Shown here piece by piece: positions 29,301 to 39,169 of a DNA stretch of 64,000 nt. The position numbers were made by a program, and so were the translations under genes. The notes under the pieces were generated by a model. That model was not told the DNA's origin. It was given only the letters and a program-made list of their open reading frames with translations, and did no database searches. The stretch covers positions 1,792,001-1,856,000 of the forward strand of contig CP182352.1 in assembly GCA_048571215.1 (NCBI GenBank). Reading direction: 5' to 3'. The DNA is from Halarcobacter sp. Its GTDB lineage: Bacteria > Campylobacterota > Campylobacteria > Campylobacterales > Arcobacteraceae. Position 1 is the stretch's first letter, and each line of letters begins with the position of its first letter.

Positions 29301-30456
29301 CATAGTCTTTAACAACACCAATTTTTTTATCAACAATATCTTCAAATTTTACAATAAATGGTTCTTTTTCTCTTGTTACTAAAACTTCAGGAAAACTCAT
29401 ATATGGTTTTGTAAAATCAAGAAATTTTTCTCTATATTGTGTTTTTACAGCTGCACTTAAAATATCACACTTTCTAACTTTTGCTAGGGTTAAAGATTCA
29501 CTCCAAGTTTTAGTCTCTACTAAATTTATTGGAACATTTAAATGATATTTAAATATTTTATAAATATCTGCAACCATTCCAGTATATTTCCCTTTTTCAA
29601 TATTTTCAAAGGGCAACCAAGATGGATCAACACACATCTTGATCTCTTTTTTATTATGCAAATAATCAAGCTCTTCTTTTGTAAAAGATACTTCTTTAAG
29701 AGTATTATTTAAAGTTTTAAAATTAAAATTTTTAGTCCACTTTAACTCAATGTCTTTAATCTGTTTTTCACTTATATCTTTAAAACCTTTTTCTATAATA
29801 TTTAATAATTCTTTATTTCCTTTTTTTACTGCTCCATAATATTTTTTTGAAAAGGCATAGGTGTTTTTATTATAATTATATAAAGATTCATCAATATTGT
29901 GTTTTCTTAGATAATAATAAAAAGTTGGAAGAGAAGATAAAACAACTTTAACTTCTCCATCAAAAAAAGTTTTATTTGCACTATTTGCACTTTTAAACTC
30001 TTTTCTGTAAAGTTCTGGATAATTATCCTTTAAATATGTAATTGCATATCCATTATCTACTGCAATTACATATGGTAAGAAATCATCTATTTTATATATA
30101 TTTTTAATACTTTTATAGTAGAAAAAATATTTTTTATTTGTATAAAGGGGCTTAGAAGTATAGTCTAAAAACTTATCACGTTTTTTTATATAGTATAAAC
30201 CTGCATGAATATCTGCTCTACCATCTTTTATCATCTCAAGAGTATCTGCCCAAGAACTTTCAATAAATTCTATTTTATGATTATTTTTTTTGGCCCAGAG
30301 TCTCCAGATATCTATTATCATCCCATTAGCAGTATTATTTGTATCGGTAAACTTTAAAGGTGGGGTGTCACTATTATAGACAATTTTTATTGTATCATCA
30401 GCAAAAATACATAACTTTAGTAGTATAATAAAGGTTATTATTTTTATAAAATACAT
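26290..30456 (-). CDS. Hybrid sensor kinase (2 PBPb, PAS, HisKA/HATPase, 2 REC, Hpt)
   Basis: MSHEIRTPMN, GTGLGL, two REC domains, HELKG Hpt motif. Confidence 0.92.
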   Translation of the reverse strand: MYFIKIITFIILLKLCIFADDTIKIVYNSDTPPLKFTDTNNTANGMIIDIWRLWAKKNNHKIEFIESSWADTLEMIKDGRADIHAGLYYIKKRDKFLDYTSKPLYTNKKYFFYYKSIKNIYKIDDFLPYVIAVDNGYAITYLKDNYPELYRKEFKSANSANKTFFDGEVKVVLSSLPTFYYYLRKHNIDESLYNYNKNTYAFSKKYYGAVKKGNKELLNIIEKGFKDISEKQIKDIELKWTKNFNFKTLNNTLKEVSFTKEELDYLHNKKEIKMCVDPSWLPFENIEKGKYTGMVADIYKIFKYHLNVPINLVETKTWSESLTLAKVRKCDILSAAVKTQYREKFLDFTKPYMSFPEVLVTREKEPFIVKFEDIVDKKIGVVKDYAISTLIKAHYPQINLVETKDVLDGLFKVSSGELFGFIDTTATVNYAIENNGMTNLKIATTVGLDYKIRVGTRNDETLLVDIFNKVINKTDRDSIDSIKDNWLKVKVQKLIDYTLVYKILAWFLVVFLVIIYWNRKLKQEINERTKAQKELNKFSQIIEQSDVSIMLTNLNGEIIYVNPYCINESGYTQNELLGNKPNIFKSGYQDEKFYNNLWTTINLGLTWTGEFSNKKKNGDIYWESATIAPIFDEDKNIKFFVSIKQNITERIKVQKKLQIAQKEANKANESKSDFLAKMSHEIRTPMNAVLGMLYLLEKTHLKESQKNYIKKANIAANTLLGIINDILDFSKIEANKLEIKNSEFSIFELVSDIMSIMSVKAEDNSLELLTQFDEDIPVYIISDRLRLAQVLNNLISNAIKFTQAGEVLVSVSLVTKGLEEDTLKFCVKDSGVGISQDNQEKLFQEFMQVDDSATRSFHGTGLGLAICKKLVNLLGGDIWIESSTIGVGTTICFTTKVKITTKKEHLGFIFPTSTTNLKVLVADDNRLASEVLTDMLESFKYIVDNTSNGYETIKMVQENKYDIVFLDYKMPKLSGLETFIKYKEILQDKTPKTVIVTAYSTEIIQEDIEKYGIYGYLLKPISPSTLYDKIMEILYPNKTIIKVENQNNNKVLQSVNVLLVEDNELNREFATLILEGFGLKVDIAVDGVEAIEKIITKKYKLVLMDIQMPKLDGLSATKKIRSLKEDYFKTLPIIALSANALVSDKEKSLEVGMNEHLNKPIDPNKLYIVLKKFILEKDIEGKEIKEKDNFKYISNLNPEIFDIEEAINRVSGNEFVYIKILQQFANNYKNLLSYIEKLLRNNEHELLEKKIHELKGISGNIAAKKLYRVLSLINAKLINKTILDMELIEEFKSSFKEVISEIEKIDFVNMNEEKKFDKKKVVELLKNLKSNLNLDIVLCEEIFEELSTYLQKDYNEFYLELSDTLNSFDMDKTEELIENFLEELNNAK

Positions 30457-30543
30457 CTATATGCCTTTAAAATATATTTATACATTATAATCTAAATATA
30501 GATTAAAGTAAATATAGTTAAAAACAAATAGATAAATTTATAT

Positions 30544-30813
30544 TTATTGTTTCTTTTTTCTTATAGCATCTTTTGATTTATTAAAACAAAACATGCCCAT
30601 TTTTTCATTTGTAAAAGTCATAATACAAGTGCTTCCTGGGTCACTTACAGGGGTAAATTCATATACTCTAACATTATACCCTTCTGTTTCAATATTGTAT
30701 TTAACATCAGGTTCAATTGTTTTATTACCCCAACTTTTTAATTGTGACCAAGATATTGCATTTGCAACACTCAAACTTATAAGTGTAAAAAATAAAATTT
30801 TTTTCAAAATCAA
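30544..30813 (-). CDS. Small secreted hypothetical protein
   Basis: Signal peptide, RVYEFTP..C...C; AAGG RBS. Confidence 0.65.
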   Translation of the reverse strand: MILKKILFFTLISLSVANAISWSQLKSWGNKTIEPDVKYNIETEGYNVRVYEFTPVSDPGSTCIMTFTNEKMGMFCFNKSKDAIRKKKQ

Positions 30814-30846
30814 TCCTTTTTAATTTAAATAAAAAGTCTGCTGTGT

Positions 30847-31557
30847 TTATGCCATATTTGTATAAACTGCTTGAACATCATCATCTTCATCAAGCTTTTC
30901 TAATAGTTTTGATATCTCTTCTTGCTGCTCTTCTGTAAACTCTTGTGGATTGTTAGAGATTCTTTCAAGTTTAGCTTTTGTAAGTTCTATTCCCATATCT
31001 TCAAAAGCTTTATTCAATGAACCAAAATCTTTATAATCAGCCGTAACTAATACAATTCCATCTTCCTCTTCAATCTCTTCTAAACCAAAATCAATTAACT
31101 CTAACTCTAACTCTTCAATATCCATATCTTCAGTTTTATTAAACTCAAAAATAGCTTTTCTATCAAACATAAACTCTAATGAACCTGTTGGTGCCATTGA
31201 ACCACCATTTTTATTAAAGTACATTTTTACATTTGCAACTGTTCTAGTATTGTTATCTGTTGCTGTTTCAACAAAAATCAAAACCCCATGAGGTCCTTTC
31301 CCTTCAAAATTAACTTCTGTAAAGTTTGCAGAATCTTTTCCTGTTGCTCTTTTTATTGCTGCATCAATATTTGTTTTTGGCATATTTTCAGCTTTAGCAT
31401 TTAAAATTGCTGTTCTAAGTGCTGAATTCATTTCAGGATCTGGAACCCCAGCTTTTGCTGCCATCTCAATTGCTTTTGCTAATTTTGGGAAAACTCTTGA
31501 CATATTTCCCCATCTTTTCATTTTTGCTGCTTTTCTATACTCAAAGGCTCTACCCAT
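30847..31557 (-). CDS. yebC: YebC/PmpR family protein
   Basis: MGRAFEYRK, NMPK.NI..AI, ETATDNNTRT, DDDVQAVYTN. Confidence 0.93.
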   Translation of the reverse strand: MGRAFEYRKAAKMKRWGNMSRVFPKLAKAIEMAAKAGVPDPEMNSALRTAILNAKAENMPKTNIDAAIKRATGKDSANFTEVNFEGKGPHGVLIFVETATDNNTRTVANVKMYFNKNGGSMAPTGSLEFMFDRKAIFEFNKTEDMDIEELELELIDFGLEEIEEEDGIVLVTADYKDFGSLNKAFEDMGIELTKAKLERISNNPQEFTEEQQEEISKLLEKLDEDDDVQAVYTNMA

Positions 31558-31783
31558 AAAAATCTCCATTAAATATTTTATTTTTAAAATTTTTGTGATT
31601 ATACCTTTTTTGGAATAATAGCTTTATAAGAGAATAAACATCAAATAAATTATACTTAAAAATGATATATTTTTACACAATTGTTAACTTTTTGTTAACT
31701 TTTTGATAATTAAATAAAATAATAAGTATTTTTTTCAAAAAAATTAGATAAAATCTTAAGACTTCAAACAACAAGGTTTTTTT

Positions 31784-32527
31784 ATGCAAAGTATTAAAAG
31801 ATTTATACCTTTATTTTTTATATCTTTATTTTTTATCTCATTTACTTGTTATGCACAAGATTTAGAAAATTTTGAAAATGAATTTAGCACACCTAAAAAA
31901 GAGATATTTGATCCATTAGAAGGTTATAATAGAAGTATGACAACATTTAATGACTATGTTTATACAAATATATTGGAACCAACAGCAAAGGGTTATGCTG
32001 TAGTTGTACCAGAACCTGCAAGGATTGGTATATCTAACTTTATCTATAATATAAAATTTCCAATTAGATTTGTAAACAATATTTTACAATTTAAACTAAC
32101 AAATGCTGTTAAAGAGCTTGGAAGATTTACAGTAAATAGTACATTTGGACTTTTGGGATTTTTAGATCCAGCTAGTGAAAACTTAGGTATGGAAAAATAT
32201 GATGAAGATTTTGGTCAAACCTTAGGTTTCTATGGTATTGGTGGAGGCTTCCATGTAGTTTTACCATTTTTAGGCCCATCAAACTTAAGAGATATGGTTG
32301 GAATTGTTGGTGATGGTTATGTTAATCCATTAAACGCTACAAGTGCAATGAACTATAAAATCCCAGAAAATAGTGAACAAACTTTAGGTATTTCAGTATT
32401 TAAAGCTGTAAATAATGTATCATTAAATTTAGGTAAATATGAAAATATCAAAAAAGATGCAATCGATTTATACCCATTTTTTAGAGATACATACAATCAA
32501 AAAAGAGAAAAAGAGATTAGGGAGTAA
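31784..32527 (+). CDS. mlaA: VacJ/MlaA family protein
   Basis: DPLEGYNR, RFTVNSTFG, EDFGQTLG, LPFLGPSNLRD. Confidence 0.9.
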   Translation: MQSIKRFIPLFFISLFFISFTCYAQDLENFENEFSTPKKEIFDPLEGYNRSMTTFNDYVYTNILEPTAKGYAVVVPEPARIGISNFIYNIKFPIRFVNNILQFKLTNAVKELGRFTVNSTFGLLGFLDPASENLGMEKYDEDFGQTLGFYGIGGGFHVVLPFLGPSNLRDMVGIVGDGYVNPLNATSAMNYKIPENSEQTLGISVFKAVNNVSLNLGKYENIKKDAIDLYPFFRDTYNQKREKEIRE

Positions 32528-32529
32528 AT

Positions 32530-33120
32530 ATGTTAAAAAAACTAATAATTATAACTACACTTTTTATATTATCAATTTCAGCATTTGCTTTGACAAAAGA
32601 GCAAATAGAACCTGAGATGAGAAATAAAATTGATAAAGTATTAATGATTTTAAAAGATAGTAAAATAAATAAAAATGCAAAAGCAAAAGAGATAATCAAT
32701 ATTATGGATTCAGTTTTTGATTATCCATTAATGTCAAGATTATCTTTAGGAAGAACCTGGAAAGAATTAAGTGATGCTCAACAAAAAGAGTTTATTGAAC
32801 TATTTACAAAAGAGTTAAAAGGCTCATATGTTAGTAAACTTGATTTATATACAGATGAACTTGTAAAAATCTTAGGAACAAAAAGCCCTAAAGCGAACAG
32901 AATTGAGCTTCAAACTGTTTTAGTAGGAAAATCAGATAAATATGAGATTAATTACAAATTTTATGAGGCTTCAAAAGAGGAAAACAAGTGGTTAATTTAT
33001 GATGTTGAATTAGTTGGAGTTAGTATAATCCAAACCTATAGACAACAATACGCAGGTTATTTAAAAAACAACTCATTTGATGATTTATTAAAATTTATGA
33101 AAAATAAAAAAATAAACTAA
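32530..33120 (+). CDS. mlaC: MlaC/Ttg2D family lipid-binding protein
   Basis: FDYPLMSRLSLG..W, WLIYDVELVGVSIIQTYRQQY. Confidence 0.87.
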   Translation: MLKKLIIITTLFILSISAFALTKEQIEPEMRNKIDKVLMILKDSKINKNAKAKEIINIMDSVFDYPLMSRLSLGRTWKELSDAQQKEFIELFTKELKGSYVSKLDLYTDELVKILGTKSPKANRIELQTVLVGKSDKYEINYKFYEASKEENKWLIYDVELVGVSIIQTYRQQYAGYLKNNSFDDLLKFMKNKKIN

Positions 33121-35601
33121 ATGTTCAAAAAAATTTACGATTCGGTAATTTTAAAACACCCAATTAAAATTATATCACTAGTTTTACTTGCAGTACTTTT
33201 TTTAGGATATTATTCTACAAAACTTGAAATTGATGCTTCAGCTGAAACGCTACTTTTAGATAATGACAAAGATTTAGAATTTTCTAGGGTTATTTCAAAA
33301 AGATATTATACTCCTGATTTTTTACTAGTTACCTATAGACCAAAAGAGGCTCTCTTATCAGATGCTAGTTTAGATAGATTAAAAGAGATAATTAAAGATT
33401 TAAAAAAAATAGATGATATTGAATCAGTAACATCTATTTTAAACGTTCCCCTGCTTCAATCTCCTGTACAAGAGTTAACCAAACTAGTTGATAATGTAAG
33501 AACCCTTTCAAATAGCAAAGTTGATAAGAAACTAGTAAAACATGAATTTTTAAACTCAGAACTTTATAAAAATAGCTTAGTTAGTAGTGATTTCAAAACA
33601 ACTGCAATAGTATTAAACTTTAAAAATGATGGAGAATATTTTAAACTACTTGATAAAAGAAATGCCCTTTTAGATAAGAAAAGAGCAAATACATTAAGTA
33701 AAGAAGATGCACAAAAGTTAGAAGAAGCATCCAAAGAGTTTAAAGATTTCAGGGATATACAAAGGGAAAAAGACCATAAGGATATTCAACGAGTAAGAGA
33801 TATAATAGCTAAATATCAAAATCAAGCCACTCTATTTTTAGGTGGAGTAAATATGATTGCTGATGATATAATCAGCTTTGTTAAAAATGATCTTGTTATT
33901 TATGGTACCACTTTAATATTTCTTTTAATAGCTATTTTATGGATTATATTTAGACAAATAATCTGGATAGTTTTACCTGTTTTAATATGTACCCTATCTG
34001 TTATCTCAACAGCAGGAACTTTAGGACTATTTGGATGGGAAGTTACGGTAATCTCTTCAAATTTCATTGCCCTTCAACTTATAATTACCCTCTCTATTGT
34101 TTTACACTTAATAGTTAGATATAGAGAATTAAGTTTAAAATATAAAAAAGCAAGCCAATATAAGCTAGTTATAAATACTATTCTCTCAAAATTTAATCCC
34201 TCATTTTTTGCAATTATAACCACTATTGCAGGTTTTGGTTCTTTGGTTTTATCGGGAATTGAACCAGTTAAAAACTTAGGTTGGATGATGAGTGCAGGGA
34301 TTGCTATATCTTTAGTTATCTCATTTATTCTTTTTCCAACGATTTTAATTCTAATGAAAAAAATCAAAATAACAAAAGAATCAGACTTTAAACTATCGAT
34401 TATTCCACTAAGTACTAAATTAGTTGAGAATAAAGGTTCTTGGATTTTAGTTGTAAGTTTTTTAGTTGTTATTTTTAGTCTTACTGGGGCTTCAAAACTA
34501 ATAGTAGAAAATAGTTTTATAAACTACTTTAAAAAGAGTACTGAAATCTACAAAGGGATGAAGGTTATAGATGAAAAGCTAGGAGGGACAACTCCTTTAG
34601 ATGTAATATTAACCTTTAAAGAGAAGAAAAAACAATCAAAACCAAAAGTTGAAGATGAGTTTGCCTCTTTTGAAGATGAATTTGCTCAAGAAGAAAATAG
34701 TGCACAATACTGGTTTAGTAAAGATAAAATGGATACTATTATGAAAGTTCATAATTACTTAGAATCTATACCAGAGATTGGAAAAGTTCAATCACTTGCA
34801 ACTCTTTTAAAGGTTGGGAAGCTATTAAATAACAATGAGGATTTAGATGGTTTTAAATTAGCTCTACTTTATAATAAACTTCCAAGAGAGTATAAAGAGA
34901 TGATTTTAGATCCTTATGTAAGTATAGAACATGATCAAACTAGAATAAGTGTAAGAATAGTTGACTCAAACCCAAAACTTAGAAGAAATGAATTGATATC
35001 AAAAATAAACAATGATTTATCTAAAATGTTAAATAGTGATTATGTTGAATTTAGACTCTCAAATTTAATGATTTTATATAATAATATGCTTCAATCACTT
35101 TTTGATTCACAAATAAAAACCTTAGGTTTTGTTTTGATTATACTTTTTATTATGTTTATAGTTTTATTTAGATCAGTCCTTATAGCTTTTATTGCAATCA
35201 TAACAAATATGGTTCCTATTAGTATAATCTTCGGAATAATGGGATGGCTAAATATCCCTTTAGATATCATGACTATAACTATTGCTGCTATCTCTATAGG
35301 TATTGGTGTAGATGATACTATTCACTATATCCATAGATTCCATGAAGAGTATAAAAAAGATCACGATTATATTAAATCAATGGAAAGATCGCATGAGAGT
35401 ATTGGTTATGCTATGACTTACACCTCATTGGTTGTTGTAGTTGGTTTTTCAATATTAGTTTTATCAAACTTAATACCAACTATATATTTTGGGCTTTTAA
35501 CAGTAATCGTTATGATTACTATGTTATGTTCAGCCCTACTTCTTCTTCCAAAACTTTTAGTACTATTTAAACCCTATGGGAACAAAGCTAGAAATGTTTG
35601 A
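33121..35601 (+). CDS. MMPL/RND family transporter
   Basis: Two TM bundles with periplasmic loops; GIGVDDTIH. Confidence 0.88.
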   Translation: MFKKIYDSVILKHPIKIISLVLLAVLFLGYYSTKLEIDASAETLLLDNDKDLEFSRVISKRYYTPDFLLVTYRPKEALLSDASLDRLKEIIKDLKKIDDIESVTSILNVPLLQSPVQELTKLVDNVRTLSNSKVDKKLVKHEFLNSELYKNSLVSSDFKTTAIVLNFKNDGEYFKLLDKRNALLDKKRANTLSKEDAQKLEEASKEFKDFRDIQREKDHKDIQRVRDIIAKYQNQATLFLGGVNMIADDIISFVKNDLVIYGTTLIFLLIAILWIIFRQIIWIVLPVLICTLSVISTAGTLGLFGWEVTVISSNFIALQLIITLSIVLHLIVRYRELSLKYKKASQYKLVINTILSKFNPSFFAIITTIAGFGSLVLSGIEPVKNLGWMMSAGIAISLVISFILFPTILILMKKIKITKESDFKLSIIPLSTKLVENKGSWILVVSFLVVIFSLTGASKLIVENSFINYFKKSTEIYKGMKVIDEKLGGTTPLDVILTFKEKKKQSKPKVEDEFASFEDEFAQEENSAQYWFSKDKMDTIMKVHNYLESIPEIGKVQSLATLLKVGKLLNNNEDLDGFKLALLYNKLPREYKEMILDPYVSIEHDQTRISVRIVDSNPKLRRNELISKINNDLSKMLNSDYVEFRLSNLMILYNNMLQSLFDSQIKTLGFVLIILFIMFIVLFRSVLIAFIAIITNMVPISIIFGIMGWLNIPLDIMTITIAAISIGIGVDDTIHYIHRFHEEYKKDHDYIKSMERSHESIGYAMTYTSLVVVVGFSILVLSNLIPTIYFGLLTVIVMITMLCSALLLLPKLLVLFKPYGNKARNV

Positions 35602-35788
35602 ACAACATTTACAGTGCCCTTATTGTAGAGAAGCTATTACAGTTCTACTTGATTTGGGAGTTGAAGGTTATAACAATATAGTAGATGATTGTGAAGTTTG
35701 CTGTAGACCAATTGAAATAGATTATTATTGTGAAGATTCAGAAGTAAAATCTTTTTCATATAGTCCAATAGAAGGAAATGAATTTTAA
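35594..35788 (+). CDS. CPXCG-motif-type cysteine-rich protein
   Basis: CPYCRE...DDCEVCCRPI. Confidence 0.8.
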   Translation: MFEQHLQCPYCREAITVLLDLGVEGYNNIVDDCEVCCRPIEIDYYCEDSEVKSFSYSPIEGNEF

Positions 35789-36366
35789 TGAATATAGCAA
35801 TTTATTGTGGATCAAGTTACGGAAATGATAAAAAATATAATGAAAAAGCTAAAGAAGTTATCAAATATCTATCTACAAAAGAGGTAAATATAGTTTATGG
35901 TGGTAGTAATTCAGGTTTGATGAGTACCATCTCAAATGAAGCGATATCTTATGGTATGAATATTACAGGAGTGATTACCCATAAACTTGCTTTAAAAGAG
36001 ATAGAAAACAAAAACTTAAATGAAATTTTCAAAGTTAATAATATTAGAGAAAGAAAAGCTAAAATGGAAGAGTTATCTGATGCTTTTTTAGCCCTACCTG
36101 GTGGATTTGGAACCCTAGAAGAGATATCAGAAGTTTTCACCTCAATACAAATTGGAAATCATAATAAGCCTTGTGCTTTATATAATTTGGATGGTTATTA
36201 CAATAAACTTATAGATTTTTTACAAAACTGTGTAGATGAAGGTTTTTTAAAACAAAACCATTTAGATGCTATTATAATTAGTGATGATATAGAGTATATT
36301 TATAACTCATTTATAAACTATACTCCTCCAAAAAGCAAATGGGAACTTATTCAAGATTCAATTTAA
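35788..36366 (+). CDS. LOG family protein (TIGR00730-like)
   Basis: YCGSS, VYGG, ERK, ALPGGFGTLEE. Confidence 0.9.
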   Translation: MNIAIYCGSSYGNDKKYNEKAKEVIKYLSTKEVNIVYGGSNSGLMSTISNEAISYGMNITGVITHKLALKEIENKNLNEIFKVNNIRERKAKMEELSDAFLALPGGFGTLEEISEVFTSIQIGNHNKPCALYNLDGYYNKLIDFLQNCVDEGFLKQNHLDAIIISDDIEYIYNSFINYTPPKSKWELIQDSI

Positions 36367-36632
36367 ATATTAACTATCTATTAATACTTTATTTTTTATT
36401 TGTTAATTATAAACAGATACAATTATATTATAAGAAATTTAACAACTTATTTGCATTTTTGCAAAATTCTCCTATAGGTAGAGATTTTTTTCTCTACCTT
36501 CTATTAAAATATAAAAATTGTTTATTTTCGTTACTAATCTTACATTTAACTTACAAACTTATTTTAATTTATTGTTATATTATTGAGACTATTGTATATT
36601 AAAGTACTACTAAAGGACAAAAGGTAATATTT

Positions 36633-37037
36633 ATGAAAAGGCTTGATAATATCCAAAAAGATTTACTCTATACAAATCTGGATGAAGATGGAAAGTTATC
36701 TTGTCTAAAAGCTTTCAAAGTTGCAAGACTTATTGGTATGAAACCCAAAGATATGGCAGAGATTACAAGTTCACTTAATATCAAGATTACAAACTGTGAA
36801 TTAGGTGTATTTGGTAAACTAAAATTTGAAGAATTAGATGAGAATGTTTATGATAAATTATCTAGAAATTTTAATCATGAAAAAAAAATAGATTGTGAAG
36901 TTGCTTGGCATGTGGCAAAACAAAAAGGGGTTAACCTAAAACAAGTTGGTTCAACAGTTAAAGCCTCTGATGTTAAAGTTAGACATTGTCAACTAGGATG
37001 TTTTTATGATGAAGAGTTTGAGAAGTATAATGACTAA
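36633..37037 (+). CDS. Hypothetical Cys-containing protein with internal duplication
   Basis: Two C..A......G...K(I/V)..C(E/Q)LG.F units. Confidence 0.75.
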   Translation: MKRLDNIQKDLLYTNLDEDGKLSCLKAFKVARLIGMKPKDMAEITSSLNIKITNCELGVFGKLKFEELDENVYDKLSRNFNHEKKIDCEVAWHVAKQKGVNLKQVGSTVKASDVKVRHCQLGCFYDEEFEKYND

Positions 37038-37053
37038 TTATACTTTCTCAATA

Positions 37054-37686
37054 TTATAAAATATCAAAAAGATTTTCTAAACTTTTTATTTTATATTTAG
37101 CTTTAGAAAAATCTTGTGTTTTTGTGAACTCGTTATGAACCACTACACAATCTATACCCGCACTATGTGCTGATGTTAATCCCCTTTGAGAATCTTCAAC
37201 TACTATAGCTTCATCTTTATTTGCTTTAAAAATTTCTAATCCTTTTAAATATGGCTCAGGATGTGGTTTACAATAGGTATAATCCTCCTCACAAAGCACA
37301 AAATCCATAAAGTCTACAATCCCTCTATTTTTATGTATTAATTCAAAATCTACCCTTCTTGAAGTGGTAACTATCCCCATTTTAAAATCTTTTGAAAGTT
37401 TAGTTAAAATATCTTTTATACCAGTTATTTCTATATCTCTTGTGCTTAAAAACTTTTGATAATAAATATTTCTTTGTTCTCTTGCTTTTATGATTTTATC
37501 ATGGCTAAAACCTAAAGCAATAGCTTTTTCCCAAGCTGTTCCACCCCTTGCCATAATATCCATATAATCATCAAACTCTAAATCTAAATCAAAAAACTCT
37601 TTCAAGGCAATTTTACTAGCCTCATAATATAAAGGCTCCGTATGTACTAAAACCCCATCATTATCAAATAATATATATCTCTTCAA
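37054..37686 (-). CDS. HAD family phosphatase
   Basis: FDNDGVL, KPHPEPY, VEDS. Confidence 0.9.
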   Translation of the reverse strand: MKRYILFDNDGVLVHTEPLYYEASKIALKEFFDLDLEFDDYMDIMARGGTAWEKAIALGFSHDKIIKAREQRNIYYQKFLSTRDIEITGIKDILTKLSKDFKMGIVTTSRRVDFELIHKNRGIVDFMDFVLCEEDYTYCKPHPEPYLKGLEIFKANKDEAIVVEDSQRGLTSAHSAGIDCVVVHNEFTKTQDFSKAKYKIKSLENLFDIL

Positions 37687-37704
37687 TCTTCACTCCATAA
37701 AATT

Positions 37705-38817
37705 TTAAACTCTTAAATACTCTTTTAATCTCTTTATCCCCTCTTTCATATGCTCTATATCCCTTGTGTAGGCAAACCTAAGGTATTGTTCTGTTTTATT
37801 TGAACCAAAATCAACCCCTGGAGTTGTAGCTATATGTATATTTTCAAGTAGTTCTTTTGCAAAATCAAAACTATCTTTTGTATATTTAGAAACATTTGCC
37901 CACAAATAAAATGCTCCATCAGGTTTTGCATCAACCTCAAAGATACTATTTAGCTCCCTATACAAATAATCCCGTCTTTGTTTAAAGATATTTTTAATTG
38001 ATTCTAAATACTCATAATCAAAAGCTTCAAGCGCAGCATACTGAGAAAGGGTTGGTGCTGAAATAAAAATATTTTGAGCTATAATCTCAGATTCCCTTAC
38101 TAAATGTTTTGGAACAATTATCCAACCAAGCCTTAGTCCTGGCATACAATAATACTTTGAGAAACCATTTATAACAAAAACATTATCACTAAACTCTAAT
38201 GCAGAACTTGCCTCTTTTTCATAGACTAAACCATGATATAACTCATCTGAAATAAAATTAATACTATTTTTATCGCAATACTCAATCAACTCTTTTAGAT
38301 TCTTTTTTTCATAAATATTTCCAGTTGGATTTGAAGGGGATGAGATCTGTAAGGCATCAATCTTTTGTTTTTTTAGATGCTCTGTAGTTAACTGATAATT
38401 TGTTGATTTATCAATATCCATAAATACAGGTTCAATATCAAACATATAAGCAAAATTCTTATAACAAGGATATGAAGGATCACTAAGCCCTAATCTACCC
38501 TCTTTTTTTAAACATAGGGTGTATGCTATTAAAAAAGCCCCTGAAGTTCCTGGAGTAAGAAGTATTTGATTTGCTTCTATATTTACATTGTAGATTTCTT
38601 TATAATGTTTAACTAGTTTTTCTCTTAAACTCAATAAGCCTAAACTCTCTGTGTATGAAAAGTTTTCATCACTTACAGCTTTTTCTAAAGCCTTTTTTAC
38701 TTTAGAACTTGGTTTTAAATCTGGTTGTCCAATCTCAAAATGTATTGTATCTTCATATTTTAAAGCATCTCTTACAATATCCATTACAATAAAAGAGCTC
38801 ATTTTATCATATCTCAT
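37705..38817 (-). CDS. PLP-dependent aminotransferase class I/II
   Basis: SPSNPTG, SDELY, GFSKYYCMPGLRLGW. Confidence 0.92.
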   Translation of the reverse strand: MRYDKMSSFIVMDIVRDALKYEDTIHFEIGQPDLKPSSKVKKALEKAVSDENFSYTESLGLLSLREKLVKHYKEIYNVNIEANQILLTPGTSGAFLIAYTLCLKKEGRLGLSDPSYPCYKNFAYMFDIEPVFMDIDKSTNYQLTTEHLKKQKIDALQISSPSNPTGNIYEKKNLKELIEYCDKNSINFISDELYHGLVYEKEASSALEFSDNVFVINGFSKYYCMPGLRLGWIIVPKHLVRESEIIAQNIFISAPTLSQYAALEAFDYEYLESIKNIFKQRRDYLYRELNSIFEVDAKPDGAFYLWANVSKYTKDSFDFAKELLENIHIATTPGVDFGSNKTEQYLRFAYTRDIEHMKEGIKRLKEYLRV

Positions 38818-39169
38818 AAATAGTCCTAAAATTAAAAAAGGTATTATATCTTAGATTTGGTTAGGATAAAACAATGAAATCAATTAAAGCGAAGGAGAAG
38901 AATAAATACTTTAATTGATTTTCATTATATGTTTTGGCTGTGTAGTTTTACATCAAATTTTTTAATGTAATGAAAATATAACACATTTGACTTAAATTAT
39001 ATTTTAATATCTAAAACAAATAAGAGTATTTTAGTCTTATTTAAGTTTAAAGGATAATTTTTATTAAAAACTAAATATTTTATAGAGAAATATATATTAA
39101 TAAAAATTGACATAATTAGATTTGTGTGATATTATTTATATTACAATCTTAATACACAAAGGGAAAAGT

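Noticed and set aside
39052..39067. Fur/PerR box upstream of the rubrerythrin-like gene
   Set aside because: GGATAATTTTTATTA has three mismatches to the 7-1-7 consensus in very AT-rich DNA
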